From positions 13,330,001 through 13,394,000 of the forward strand of contig NC_043009.1 of assembly GCF_006345805.1 (NCBI RefSeq): DNA of 64,000 bases. The letters are read 5' to 3'. How positions within the stretch are numbered: position 1 is the stretch's first letter; each line of letters opens with the position of its first letter. A program made the position numbers and the translations under genes. Under the pieces are notes generated by a model. That model was not told the DNA's origin. It did no database searches and saw only the letters and a program-made list of their open reading frames with translations. This DNA comes from Octopus sinensis. Its lineage: Eukaryota. Shown here piece by piece: positions 35,942 through 49,216 of the stretch.

Positions 35942-38496
35942 GTACAGCAAAGCACTAGCCATAGATAGAAATAGAGTAGAGGGTGAGCTAGTTAAGAAGC
36001 TAGAAGAGGCAATTAGAAGCGGCATCGCATCCGACGTTTTGGCGGCGAGGTTGGCCCTCGACCAACACTTCAACGCCAAACACGAAGGATGTGCTGTCAG
36101 AGCCAGGATGCGTGCTCTAAGGAACGAAGGTGTTGGAGCCGCGAGAGAGGCCCGGGTGGCAGAGGCGCAACAGGGCAACAAAGCCACCATTCGGTCACTG
36201 GTAGATGAACAGGGGCGCGAATTGCTCGAGCCAAATAAAATGTGTGAGGCCTTTCAGCAGCATTTTGCCCGACTGTTCGGGACGAGTGGAGGGCAAGAAC
36301 GTAGGGTAGACTTCAGTGCCTACCTACATAGCCTGCCACGACTCTCGACAAGAAAGGCAGGGTGCTGCGAAGGTGCCATCACGGCGGCGGAAGTGCGGGA
36401 AGCGATGGCAGAATGCTCGAGGGACAAATCACCGGGTTTGGATGGTCTACCCTATGAATTTTACTATTGTATGCCAGACTTGTTTGGAGACGTCTTGGCA
36501 GCGGTATACAGCAACTGGCAGCAAAACGGGAGCATACCCGGTTTTGTGAGTCGAGGAGCTGTAACTCTGCTGAAGAAAGATCCAAACAAGGGAAACATTA
36601 TAGATAACTTTAGGCCAATCACTCTGCTCAATGCAGACCTGAAAATTTTGACAAAGGTGTTAGCCAAGAGGTTGGCGCTTGTCATGGAGAAACTGGTCGA
36701 CAACGCACAAACGTGCGCCGTGCCGGGCCGGAGCATCCATGACAACCTCCATCTGATGCGCTACATCATAGACAGGGTAGTTAACGAACCTGGCATGGGT
36801 GGGGCCCTGATCAACTTGGATCAATCGAAAGCCTTTGATAGGGTAGACCATCGATACTTGGAGGCAGTCCTGAGAGCGGCTGGTTTCGGGCCCGTCTTCC
36901 GCGGCTGGATAGCTGCCTTGAACAGAGGCATCCGTTCGGTAATTCGCGTAAATGGACATCTATCGAGACCCTTCGACATTGCACGTTCGGTCCGTCAGGG
37001 ATGCCCCCTCTCGGCGCTTCTATATGTATTGACTCTTGAGCCACTACTGCGGAAGCTGGCGACTCTGAGGGGCATCCCGCGAGAATTAGGATGCGGGACG
37101 AGCGTGTCTGCATACGCGGACGACGTCACCGTCATAGTGTCAAGCCACGAGCACATCGAGCGGGTCGGCGAGACACTGAAAAACTACGAAGCGGTGACAG
37201 GAGCAAAAATCAACCGGGAAAAGTCAGTGGGCTTGCGGCTCGGCACCTGGAGAAGCAAGCCCATGCCGTCCACCAGTACCTCCGTCGTGGGACGCTGGAC
37301 AGACGGCCCGGTTGAGTTGCTCGGGGTCTGGTTCGGGCCGGACCTCCAAATGGAGAAGAACTGGAACGAGATAACGAGTAGGGTGGTCACTCTCGCCCAG
37401 CAATGGGCCGAGAGGAAACTGTCCCTAAAAGGTCGGGCGGAGGTGGTGAACGCGTACATCGCGTCCATCATCTACTACCGCCTGACCGTCGTACCTTGTC
37501 CCGACCCTACCATCACCAAACTAGAACGCATCCTCTTCCGCTTCTTGTGGAAAGGATGCGTCCCGATGGTCAGGCGATCCATTTGCTGTCAACACCCGTT
37601 AAAAGGAGGGCTGGGCATGCCGTGGTTGATGATGCGCAGACACGCGCTGAGACTGCGACATCTCCGGCTCTATGTAGACGACGGTGAACAGGTGTGGTCG
37701 CCGTTTGTGAGGCACGCATTCCCGCAACTCGTCTCCATGACCGAACTACAGTCGTGGATCAAAAAGAGGCCGAAGAAGGGCGAATGGCACCGCGAGTGTC
37801 GCGTTGCTCTCAAGCAACTCTGCCGTCCCGGGTCGACCTTGAGTGACTTCAACACAACCAAAGCATTCTATAGGGGATTAGTGGAGGGGAGGTACGACGA
37901 CGAGCTCGGGGCAAACCTGGGCGTCGACGAGGAATACCTGACCCGCCTGTTTCAAACGACTTTCGGCCCGGGACCTATGGACAACTTCCAGAGATCCTGG
38001 CCTGGCGGTGCTACCGAGAAGCGCTACCCGTTCGGGATAAGCTCTATAGGCATGGCTCGAGAAACACGGGCCGACCTGCCCGAGATGCGGGCAGAGCGAC
38101 GAAACAGCTCTGCACGCAATCGTGCAGTGTCCAGCAATTTCCCACCTGTGGGCTTATGTCGAACGACTGCTGTCACGTGTGGGACGTGTCGGTTTATCAG
38201 CCGAGTCTATCGTTAATATCGTCACGCCTCCTTCCTTCAAACGGGAAGGAAGAGCTATTTTTATCATACTTGTGGCTATGGCGAAAGAATGTATCTGGTG
38301 GACGCGTCTGAAAGGATTAGAGACAAACACTTTCCTCTCTGGTCAATCTCTCATCAACTTCTTCAAGTATCACTTGAAGAAAAAAGTGAGAGTAGAGAGG
38401 CAAGTTTTGTCTAGTGAATGTTTTAAAAAAAGATGGGTGAATGTAGCAAGGATGGCACGTATGAATGACGAAGCCACCTTGACTATGATTCTATGA
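35907..38496 (+). CDS. ORF2 reverse transcriptase plus C-terminal CCHC, with frameshifts near 37996 and 38068
   Basis: 769-aa frame with the RT motifs including YADDV; the C-terminus continues in 38122-38496. Confidence 0.92.
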
Positions 38497-38912
38497 ACCG
38501 TAAAAATTAATACAGAGAGTTGCTTATTTGCAAAAAAAAAAAAAAAAAAAAAAAGAAATATAACATGTGACTTCATATATAACATGTGACTTTTCCGTAG
38601 GCTTTTCTTTCCACGGGTAAACCTCACCTGTCCTCCCCTTTACACTTCATATTGACATTTCTGTGATAACGATCCCTATTGATCAATTTTTTTCCTCTTC
38701 CCCTTTTTTTTAACCCCCCCTTTTTTTGTCCTCTTTCTCTCCTTTTACGATCCCTTTTGATCGACCCCCCCTTTTTTATTTTATTTTTATTTAATTTTTT
38801 TATTTAAAAAAATATTTTTTTTATTTATTTATTTTTTAAACCTTCAAAAGAAAAGCTCTACCTTGTAATTTGTTCTATCTGTGTGCAGCCCTGTGTGGCT
38901 AATAAAGAAACA

Positions 38913-39002
38913 TATCTATCTATCTATCTATATATCTATCTATATATCTATCTATCTATCGATCTATCTATCTATCTGTCTATCTATATATCTATCTATC
39001 TG

Positions 39003-39036
<34 letters not shown>

Positions 39037-39037
39037 C

Positions 39038-39091
<54 letters not shown>

Positions 39092-39092
39092 A

Positions 39093-39123
<31 letters not shown>

Positions 39124-39188
39124 ATATATATATATCTATCTATCTATCTATCTATCTATATATCTATCTATCTATCTATCTATCTATA

Positions 39189-39249
<61 letters not shown>

Positions 39250-39269
39250 ATCTATCTATCTATCTATCT
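38913..39269. repeat. (TATC)n/(TA)n between copies B and C
   Basis: Directly visible. Confidence 0.95.
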
Positions 39270-39805
39270 AGAGAGGCAAGTTTTGTCTAGTGAATGTTTT
39301 AAAAAAAGATGGGTGAATGTAGCAAGGATGGCACGTATGAATGACGAAGCCACCTTGACTATGATTCTATGAACCGTAAAAATTAATACAGAGAGTTGCT
39401 TATTTGCAAAAAAAAAAAAAAAAAGAAATATAACATGTGACTTCATTGACCGAGGTTACCGTGGTCTTTTCCGTAGGCTTTTCTTTCCACGGGTAAACCT
39501 CACCTGTCCCCCCCTTTACACTTCATATTGACATTTCTGTGATAACGATCCCTATTGATCAATTTTTTTCCTCTCCCCCTTTTTTTTTAACCCCCCCTTT
39601 TTTTTTTTGTCCTCTTTCTCTCCTTTTACGATCCCTTTTGATCGACCCCCCCTTTTTTATTTTATTTTTATTTTATTTTATTTTTTTCTTATTTTTTTAT
39701 TTTTTTAATTTTTTAATTTTTATTTTTTTTAAACTTTCAAAAGAAAAGCTCTACCTTGTAATTTGTTCTATCTGTGTGCAGCCCTGTGTGGCTAATAAAG
39801 AAACA
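39270..39805 (+). mobile_element. L1/Tx1 LINE copy C, 3'-terminal ~540 bp
   Basis: Matches 38393-38912 and is followed by (TATC)n to ~39963. Confidence 0.93.
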
Positions 39806-39836
39806 TATCTATCTATCTATCTATATATCTACCTAC

Positions 39837-39868
<32 letters not shown>

Positions 39869-39873
39869 TTATA

Positions 39874-39919
<46 letters not shown>

Positions 39920-40136
39920 GCTAGCTAGCTAGCTATCTTTCTGTCTGTCTGCCTATCTATCTATATATGTGTGTGTATATATGTATATGTATACGTATTT
40001 ATATTGAAGTACTGTTATATTCATTACACATCAATAATCATTTATGTCAACAGTAATCTACCACATGTTTCTTTCTGACTATGCCTATTCCCATACACAC
40101 CTCACATACTCTTTTAACCACCTTCACACCCACATC

Positions 40137-40180
<44 letters not shown>

Positions 40181-40796
40181 AGAGAAAAAAAGTTTAGTGG
40201 CTAACGATCTATCATGGCGACTATATAAATATATATATATATAGATATAGATATATATATATCGACAGACAGATAGATAGAAAGCTAAACAGATGGAGCC
40301 ACACTTAATCCAAACCAATACTAAATTATTAAAGAGCTGTAAATCTTATATCAAATACAGAAATAACCTGTACGTGATATATCATATCGCTTGATGATAC
40401 GTTAATCTTTTAATCGTTCCGTTTACACACGGCATATTTCTCTACTTTAGAGATAAGAACAAATTCATTACCGTTTTTTTTTACTGCATAATTCCGTTAC
40501 ACATGAGTGCGCAGGCGCGTGCACACATTCACACACACACACACTCATACACACTCTCCCTCTCACACACGCATATTTCGTTCACAAAGCGAGAGAGATG
40601 TAGGGCAAAAGGTGAGTGAGAGTATTCTGGCAAAACTGGCGACCCCAACAAATCCTGCTTGAAGACGAGGTTCATTCTGGTTGAGCTATTCTTGTCAAAG
40701 GATGGTGGTGGTGGTGGGGGGGAGAATGAACGAAGTGTTGGGGGGTCCTTGGTATAGCTACAGGCACAGCTCTCATCCAACTGACTAAAAGCCGTT

Positions 40797-40961
40797 AGGA
40801 GTGGCTGTGTGGTAAGTAGCTTGCTTACGAGCCACAAGGTTCTGGGTTCAGTCTCACTGCCTGGCACCTTGGGCAAGTGCCTTCTTCTATAGCCTCGGGC
40901 CGACCAAACCTTGTGAGTGGATTTGGTATACGGAAACTGAAAGAAGCCCGTCGTATATATG

Positions 40962-41024
<63 letters not shown>

Positions 41025-41250
41025 ATGTGTGTATATGTTTGTGTGCCTGCGTTTGTAACCCCCGACATTGCTTGATAACCGATGCTGGTGTGTTTCCGTC
41101 CCTGCAACTTAGCGGTTCGGCAAAAAGAGTCCGACAGAATAATTACTAGGCTTACAAAGAATAAGTCCTGGGGTCGATTTGCTCGACTAAAAGGCGGTGC
41201 TCCAGCATGGCCACAGTCAAATGACTGAAATAAATAAAAGAGTAAAAGAG
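40797..41250 (+). mobile_element. SINE family B, full length
   Basis: All family blocks present, including GGGTTCAGTC, CCTTGGGCAAGTG, the internal microsatellite and the GTAAAAGA tail. Confidence 0.92.
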
Positions 41251-41624
41251 AGTTCATTTACTATATAATGTGTAATACACAGCTTCTTTATCTCTTGTTC
41301 CCGACATGGTTGCGTCCCACAATGACGAACCGCATGACTGAAGTAATTGTGACCATGTACGAACAAGCTAACTTTAAGCATATACTTTTGTTTGCTTTAT
41401 ATTTTACTTTCGTCTTAAGTCATTTACTTTAATTATAGATCTTACGTAATCGTTAAATTTATTTGATGACTTATTAATTAACACTGTGAACCGAATACTT
41501 GGTTTTTAACTCAATTCGATTAGTATTATACATAAAACTTTCTGATCCTGTACATTTCTAGTAGGTAGAGAATAAAAATATATACATATATATTCAGTTT
41601 CGTTTCTCCTCTTTCTTCCACCGA

Positions 41625-41662
41625 CCTAATCACCCTAATCACCCTAATCACCCTAATCACCC
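41625..41662. repeat. 9-bp tandem repeat (CCTAATCAC)x4
   Basis: Directly visible. Confidence 0.9.
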
Positions 41663-41742
41663 ACGCACGTTCACGCACGCACACAAACACATACACGCAC
41701 ATACGCACGCGCGTCGCACACGCGTCAGAATGTGAATGCATA

Positions 41743-42263
41743 TCTATATATATAAAACTGTAGTTGTGTGAGTGTCTGTCCCCTTCGATTTAGATTCCTA
41801 ACTACTCCCACATTTTGCGGTGCAGTTTAACCAAAACCGGGTATCTTATAGTCGTGATTCATATCGAGCCCGTCTGAATATTAGCGCGCGTCTACGATTT
41901 TAAAAATAATTTAACATCATTTTTTTATTCCATTTTAATGCATAATTTTTCGTGTGTCGATGGCGGCGGAGTTGGCGTCCATGGTCACAGCTGCACCTGT
42001 TTGCTTCTCCCACTTCTTCCCTCCTTCGTGAAGCTGTGGGGAAGGGAGTGTAAGGAAATCAACGTCGTAAAGCGTTGTCAAGGAGACCAGCGTTCTTTTA
42101 GAACAGCGACTTCATGGCTTGAAGACACTGAGTCAACGATTTAAAAGAAAATTACCATAATTTTTTATTCCATTTTTAATGCATTTTTTTGCTATAACTC
42201 TCTAAAAATGCTTATATAGTTATTTCCCTTACAAACCCGAGCAACGCCGGGCGATACTGCTAG
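41743..42263 (+). mobile_element. Non-autonomous Helitron
   Basis: Inserted between A (41742) and T (42264); starts TCTATATATATAAAA; ends with hairpin CCCGAGC-AAC-GCCGGG followed by CTAG. Confidence 0.88.
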
Positions 42264-43423
42264 TATGAATATACGTGTAGATATTTAAGTGTGTATGAGT
42301 GAGAGATGGAGATAGAGAGAGTGAACCGGTGCTTTTTACAAGGATAATACACCTACCCCTTTCCCTATATCTCTCTTCTGGTGTTTTATAAGTTAGATTT
42401 TAACGTCCCTCTCTTTTCTTCGTATAAAGAATTTGAAGAGTTAACAAGATTTTAAAAGACTTCAGTAAGTAAACTACGACTACATTTTCTGATAATATAT
42501 GGATTTTAATTTTCTTTAATCTTTATCAGTTCAAGAAATTAGATACGTCAACCGTCAAAATAGATTAATTCCTCATTTACTGACAATATAGTCAATAATA
42601 CAATCGATGACATATGCATATGTGTTGAGACGCGTCTCAATGTGTGGTTTTCATTTCGCTTCAATATCGAAGCCTGTACTCATGTGTATAATCTGACGTA
42701 AATGTGGAAACACTTGAAACGTATTGGCTCTGAAGAAAAGTGAAATAAAAATAATATAAAACGCAGCGCCACGTCGTCAGCCATGAGACATACATAAATT
42801 AGGAAATCTATAACGGATCGCAGATATCTCGAGACAAAACGAAATAAGGAAATAAAATAAAACAGTGCGATGAAAGCTATGTGGCACAATAATGAATATT
42901 TTGTTTGTAACTACATTTCTAAAAACAGTGAACGTATCTTCGGTGAACCTGCGTTGTAGATGTCGATTAGTTTATAAGTTTACTAGGTATCAAACATCAT
43001 ACCCTATACTCTGGTTGTAAGATTCCCAAACTATTCGGTTGCTATCAAACGAATTTATATATGTATTTGTACTTTGTATTACAATTAATAAGACTGCTAA
43101 AGTTTGCATATTATGATTATGACGTGTTTCCAGTACAAAGGCAACTATGCGTTTGTGTTTATGTTTTCTAGCTTATTAGTCAATATGAAGAAAATGAAGA
43201 GATGTTTCCTCAAGCACAAAGACTGAGACTTATCTTGGGTAAAGAGATACCTCATCAGATTGCATATATAACCTCAAACTTTCAGTTGTCACTGTGCGCA
43301 AAAATCTTTCGTTGAAAAACAAGCTTCTTACTTAAGCATAAGTTTCAGCTCAGTAGTTTATAGTCTCAAGTTAGTTATTATTACTTTTTTGAGTAACTAA
43401 CATTTTTGAGTATGCATAAATAT

Positions 43424-43575
43424 CTTCTTCTTCTTCTTCTCCTCCTCCTTTTTCTTCTTCTTAATCGTCTTCTTCTTCTTAATCGTCTTCTTCTTCTACT
43501 TCTTCTCCCCATCCCCCTCTCCCTCCTCCTCCTCCTCCTTCTTCTTCTTCCTCGTCCTCCTCCTCATCATCACCA
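43424..43575. repeat. (CTT)n/(CCT)n microsatellite
   Basis: Directly visible. Confidence 0.9.
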
Positions 43576-43589
43576 ACACTGTTATTATT

Positions 43590-44260
43590 ATGCTAGTGCA
43601 GTTTAATTTACTCAGCAGCTATCTTTATCTTGAGGTTTGGTGACAACAAATCTCAAATCTCAAGACTCTTCATGAAGAATACTGTATGATTTCAGTTTCA
43701 ATCTCTTTCCAATCTCTTTCAGTCTTCTAGATAGTATTTTGGGTGCTGTGTCTAATGCACCAATCACTAAGGTATAAACGTTGTCTTGTTCTTCCACAGT
43801 TTCCACAGTTCACTGACTGGATCTTGATATTTCTCAATTTTTTCAACTTCTTCGGTGTCCACTTTACCATCAGAAGGAATTGCAGAATCTATGCGCTTAC
43901 ACTGTTTATTTTGTCACCTATTATTATATCTAGTCTTCTTGCATTAACTGCAAAATCAGTCTTTATGAGGAAGTCTTACATGATCATGCCATTCTCATTT
44001 TGTATCACAGCTTCTGCATCCATACCACTTTTCTGTTGTTTTCAGGCCACACACTCGGCTAACATCCCGATTTACTCTTTTGCCTACACAGTCATGTCTG
44101 CGTTTGTACTCTTTTTGTTCGTGAAACTCATTCAAAAGATGTTTGATATTTTCGGCTTTTAGTATGCGGCACTCCTTTTTAAAATGGTTGATACTTTCAT
44201 CACGTTTACTGCAGATTGTACATTTGCTGTCTGACTGGGTTTGTCGAACTCTGCTTTTCT
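43590..44260 (-). pseudogene. R4/Dong-like LINE 3' fragment
   Basis: Hand translation: SKCTICSKRDESINH, KEYKRRHDCVG, ARRLDIII, EKIEKYQD, VIGALDTAPKILSRRLKEIG. Missed by the ORF track. Confidence 0.75.
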
Positions 44261-45329
44261 CATATTTATTCTAAAGGCTTCTTCTCCAGGGTTGTTCTAA
44301 AGGTTTCTTCTCCAGGTTGAGTGCTTCTTTGGAAATGCCCTACTTTTATAGCCTAATAGGGCCTCAGATCATATATATGTGTGTGTGTGCATGTATGTGT
44401 GTGTGACACTGTACGTGCGCGTGTGTGCGCGCGTGAGAACGTGAATTTATTTTGACTGGTGTTGTCGACTGCGTTGCTACTACACATTTAGTTTTATCAT
44501 CACCAGTAGCAGTATACTATAGCTTCATTTTTGGCTTATAATTTCACTAACAACACCCCACCCCCACACCAATACATTGCTTTGTAAGTATGACGCTTAT
44601 AATGACAACATAACAATAGTTCCAAACGTGCGTGGGAGTTAAAATGCAATATGAGAAACAATTTGCATAGCGTGATCAACCTTTGCTTCTAACATCTCTG
44701 AAGAATTTTTGGAAATTACCTTCGTTCGTAAAATTCACCTAGTCGGACACTGATGTCTCTCTTCAATTATCATTGACTTCCCTTCTGTACTGAAGAATTA
44801 ATTATATTTCCTCCAGCATTTATTCTGTAGCCATATATCAGTTCATGCATTACTTCATAACTTTGTCTTTATATTTGAATTTCATGCAGGTTATTTTAAT
44901 ACTGGTAATAATATATGTGGATTTACTGCAGCAAAACAAAAAAAGTGTGATGTATTTTAAAAGGGTTGGATTCTAAAGTTTCTTTATAATTGTTTCTGTG
45001 TTTAAATTTTTTTATTCATTATGAGGGTCTTCATTGAAGGATTGTATTCAACTGGGAAGTAAAAGCCAGAGGCTTTTATGTATGATGAAACACGACATGA
45101 TGTTATTAAATTTATGTATCAGCTTAAATTTTGATAAGAACAGAATACCAATTTAATCAGTTGTCTTTTCCTATTACAGATGGATGTCAAGATCTCGTAA
45201 CAGAATTTAGGAGAACCTCATAGAATGTATTTATTCCTATATGTGGGTGTATGTGTGACCTTGTGTACGTGACTGTGTTAGCCTCATATCTACAATCTAA
45301 AAATAGGTGTCTATATTTTTTATGTTACT

Positions 45330-45930
45330 TTATATTTCATAACTAGCGATACAACAAACAGATCGGTTATAACACATTTTCATGAACTAAGAAAAGTTAG
45401 TGAGTGGGTGGTTCATCATGTAAATGGTACTTATTTTAATCAGTTTTTCCATCCGCTGATCATTCAAGAAAAAGACTTGCTGCCAAATTTTCTTTAAGCA
45501 GAATAATCACAAGAGATAAAAAAATATAGGGTTCTACATTAACATATCCAATTGAAACAGCAATAGTTCGCTCACAATGAAAAAAGAAAGTCCATCCTTA
45601 AACCACGACTACATCCTAAAAATGTTATGCTCTGTGTTTGGTGGGGCACGAAACGTTTTTATCTATTATGAAACGTTAAAACAAATCAGTTAAAGCAGCG
45701 TATTGTGATGAATTGGAAACACTGCAAAAGAAAAGAACGAAAAAGCAAAAACATCGCCTGGCATTGGTCAGTCGTAAATACATGTTGTTCTTACGCGATG
45801 AATGAAGACCACATATTAACCAAGACACCCAGGAAAAGATTATGGTACAAAATATGCAAGTTTTGTCTTATTTTCCTTACACCTCTGAGCGTGTTTCATG
45901 TGACTTAACATCCTTTCAGATTATTGTAGC
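45330..45930 (+). pseudogene. Highly degenerate mariner transposase
   Basis: KPRLHPKNVMLCVWWG, IYYET and YCDELE pieces. Confidence 0.6.
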
Positions 45931-45989
45931 AGTAGGAGGGTTGACTGAAATATTCATAGACTGACTTAGGTACTTCCATGGATTGTGAT

Positions 45990-46720
45990 AAAATGAGGTT
46001 TGTTTTTCAGCATAGTGTCATTTGCAGTCCATACACTTCTCCTATCCTTGTTCCGGTGCTTGGAACTCACTGGTGAAGAAACATTCATCTATTTGGTCAA
46101 AATTGTCATCAATAGTAGATACAGCGTCAACATCACTGCAATAATTCCCAGCCAATAGTTTTTCATGTTGGGGAACAGATGATAGACAGATGGACCCAAA
46201 TCAGGAGAATAAGGAGAGTAGTGATCGACCGGTCCAAAGTCATAGTTATACACAGCAACAATTGAAATGAAGGGGTTTTGTGTTGGAGCACTTTCCTGAT
46301 GAAACAAGACTTCTTTCGTCAGTTTTCCTTGGTGTTTGTCTTGATAGCCTTTTGTAACTACCTCAGCAAGTTGGCAAAGTACATTCTATTGATGGTATGA
46401 ATGTTTAAAAACACAATACTTTTTGTATCGCAAAAACTGAGATAAAACACACTGGGCCTTCTTTGGAGTAGGTAAAGACAAGCGTTTCTCTGATTCAAAG
46501 TGATGAAGACATCAATCATCCTGGTTTAAGAACTATTCAGGGAAACCAGCTGGATTTAACTCAAACAATGTCAGATTATCCCCGTGATGTGATTAAACTG
46601 GAGCGCATTTGATCAGGTGTCAAATGTGGATACCATCTCAAATCACCATGTAGCTGGTGAGCCGGTAATCTCATATTTCGTCACTTTGAATAATTCTCCG
46701 AGATACATTAGTAAAATAAT
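45990..46720 (-). pseudogene. Degenerate mariner transposase
   Basis: FHQESAP...YSPYSPDLGPSVYHLFPNMK corresponds to the HQDNAP...YSPDLAPSDYHLF motifs. Confidence 0.75.
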
Positions 46721-47159
46721 CTGAACATTTATAGGAAGGAAAGGATTATTTGATAACACTGGAAACCAAACTCAACATAGAGCTCCAGAACAACGAACGA
46801 GGAAGATAATTAATTTCATGCTTTTATCCGATCGAACACCAGTTCCCAAAGCTAAGAACCGCCTGCTTAAAGTTAGTTCAACTAATAAGGTCAATATAAA
46901 ATGAAATATTGTCAGATCCGGTAACATTTCATTACAAGATACAAAACTTCCACATTATTCAATGGGCAAAATTTACATCTAACTGCAGCTGGACGTCAAA
47001 TACGAAAAAGAAGTAAGCGGCACCCCATGTCACGAAGCCACTCGTTGACATGTATTTATATACACAGATACTCATATATATAACTGCAGTTATATTTATA
47101 TATAAGTATGTATGCATTTGTGAATGTGTGTCTCTGTGTATCATATTAATGAATACTTT

Positions 47160-47282
47160 TCCACTCTAGACACAAGACCCTGACATTTTTGAGGAGGGGG
47201 CCAGTCGATTAGATCGACCTCAGTACGCAACTGGTGCTTAATTCATCGACTCCGAAATGATGAGAGGCAATGTCGACCTATT
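47160..47282 (-). mobile_element. SINE family A 3' half
   Basis: GTCGATTAGATCGACCTCAGTACGCAACTGGTGCTTAATT..ATGAGAGGCAATGTCGACC. Confidence 0.75.
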
Positions 47283-48306
47283 AATGTATACTGTCACTGT
47301 AATTTATTCGATGACATAATGTTGCAGTTACAATCAAATGAATAAGCTTAACCACAATGATTTACAATTTTAACATATTTACAAGAGGGTATCATTCTTT
47401 TATGATGTCTCTCACGTTTCTCTGAAATGCTGTGCCCCAAATTCAACCTCAATCTCTATATCATCCTCTCTTACATGCAGTTGCTCCCAAACTAGAGATC
47501 GATCTCCTGAAGATTTATTCTCATGGATGCAATACGCCAGGACGTGTGTATTTCTTGATGTCAAATTTACTGAAACTGCTACCTACAATCTTTTGCTTCT
47601 AATCCTATTATCTCTGCGGTGTCACTTCCATCATTAACCAAAGTTGGTTGATTTATTACCCGTTGCCGGTCTTATTTATGTAAAATAAACAATTCGTAGC
47701 TAATATGAAGGCAATAGTTGTAGTAAAAGTGAAGAAAACGCTAACGTTTCGGGAATAAATTTCGTTTTCTTTTTTTATATATAATTACCTCAACAACGAC
47801 ACTCCTTTGCAATTATTAGTAAGAAAGCAATAATGCTGCACCTGTTAACAAACTAATATTCGAAGACATTTTATGTAGGGTACATGGAGCTAAGTATCCG
47901 ACCGGTGACCACCATAAAGATCCATATACCTGGATCATATATTTCCAGATACCTTTATTGCACTAATCCTCTAAGCGATAGAAAATAATTTAGCCTTAAT
48001 CAATTTCTATGCATCGCATACATGCCAGATAATGTAACTATCACGTACAAGTATTCCACACATATTTAAAGACTAAGACATCTGGTAGATTGACAAAACT
48101 TCGCGCAACAATATGCTACAAATATTTCCACTGAAATATGCTTCTTCAATCAAATAATTAAATGGCTACCATTCTTCTGCTATTGCTAATTGCGTACAAC
48201 TGCCGACTTGCCCTTTTGATAAATTTGTTTCTCTTCTGTTTAGCATCTCTTCTATTTAACACAGACTGCATAAAATATTTCCTAAATAATTCTTTTACAT
48301 ATATAG

Positions 48307-48464
48307 ACGCAGGAGCGGCTGTGTGGTAAGTAGCTTGTTCACCAACCTCATAGTTCCGGGTTCAGTCCCACTGCGTGGCATCTTGGGCAAGTGTCTTTTA
48401 CTATAGCCTCGGGCCGACCAAAGCCTTGTGAGACGGAAACTGAAAGAAGCCCGTCGTATATATG

Positions 48465-48519
<55 letters not shown>

Positions 48520-48738
48520 ATGTTTGTATGTCTGTGTTTGTCCCCACAACATCGCTTGACAATCGATGGTGGTGTGTTTATGTCCCCGTCACATAGCGGT
48601 TCAGCAAAAGAGACCGATAGAATAAGTACTGAGCTTAGAAAGAATAAGTCCCGGGTCGAGTTGCTCGATTAAAGGCGGTGCTCCAGCATGGCCGCAGTCA
48701 AATGACTGAAAGAAGTAAAAGAGTAAAGAGTAAAGAGT
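48307..48738 (+). mobile_element. SINE family B, full length
   Basis: Same blocks as the 40797 copy. Confidence 0.92.
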
Positions 48739-49171
48739 ATATGAATATCCCTCGGAGATTATTTTTCTTTCTAAATTCGTCATACAGTCATCGTACAGTC
48801 ATACATATCACTTATAACTCCTAAGTCAAGGAGCAGCAAAAAGTAATATTTTCATAAGCAAATGCTACATATTTGTGCGTAATATTTCGTAGGTAATTTA
48901 TAGAAAATATATTCTTATACAAGAATATGTTTTCTTAGCTGTTTACTCTATTTCGTGTTTCATATACGTATTGCATATAATTGTGAGGTCGGACTATAAC
49001 AATGTTGTTGATATTCAAACACATCGTCGTCAGCTGCTGCAGCTACTATTACGTCTATTCTTTCTTCTCCTCATCCGCCTCCTCCTTCTCCTCCTCCTCC
49101 CCTCCTCCCCTCCTCCTCCTCCTACTATAACTACTACTACTATTACTACTACTGCTACCACCACCACCACC

Positions 49172-49202
<31 letters not shown>

Positions 49203-49216
49203 ATAATAATAATAAT

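Larger units (their letters stand above)
32961..38912 (+). mobile_element. L1/Tx1-clade LINE copy B, full length (~5.95 kb)
   Basis: ORF1 region with zinc knuckle, ORF2 APE-RT-CCHC, T/C-rich 3' UTR, AATAAA end, flanked by (TATC)n on both sides. Confidence 0.95.

Noticed and set aside
31052-37861. Antisense and alternative-frame ORFs within the LINE copies
   Set aside because: Shadow frames of GC-rich ORF2, duplicated only because the copies are homologous.
29533-39963. CRISPR-like or satellite array
   Set aside because: The units are LINE copies separated by microsatellite in a eukaryotic context, not repeat-spacer arrays.
40529-41257. 242-aa minus-strand ORF
   Set aside because: Mostly antisense SINE and microsatellite; the unique part has no recognisable domain.
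41625-41662. Interstitial telomere
   Set aside because: The unit is 9 bp (CCTAATCAC), not the 6-bp CCCTAA, and only four copies are present.
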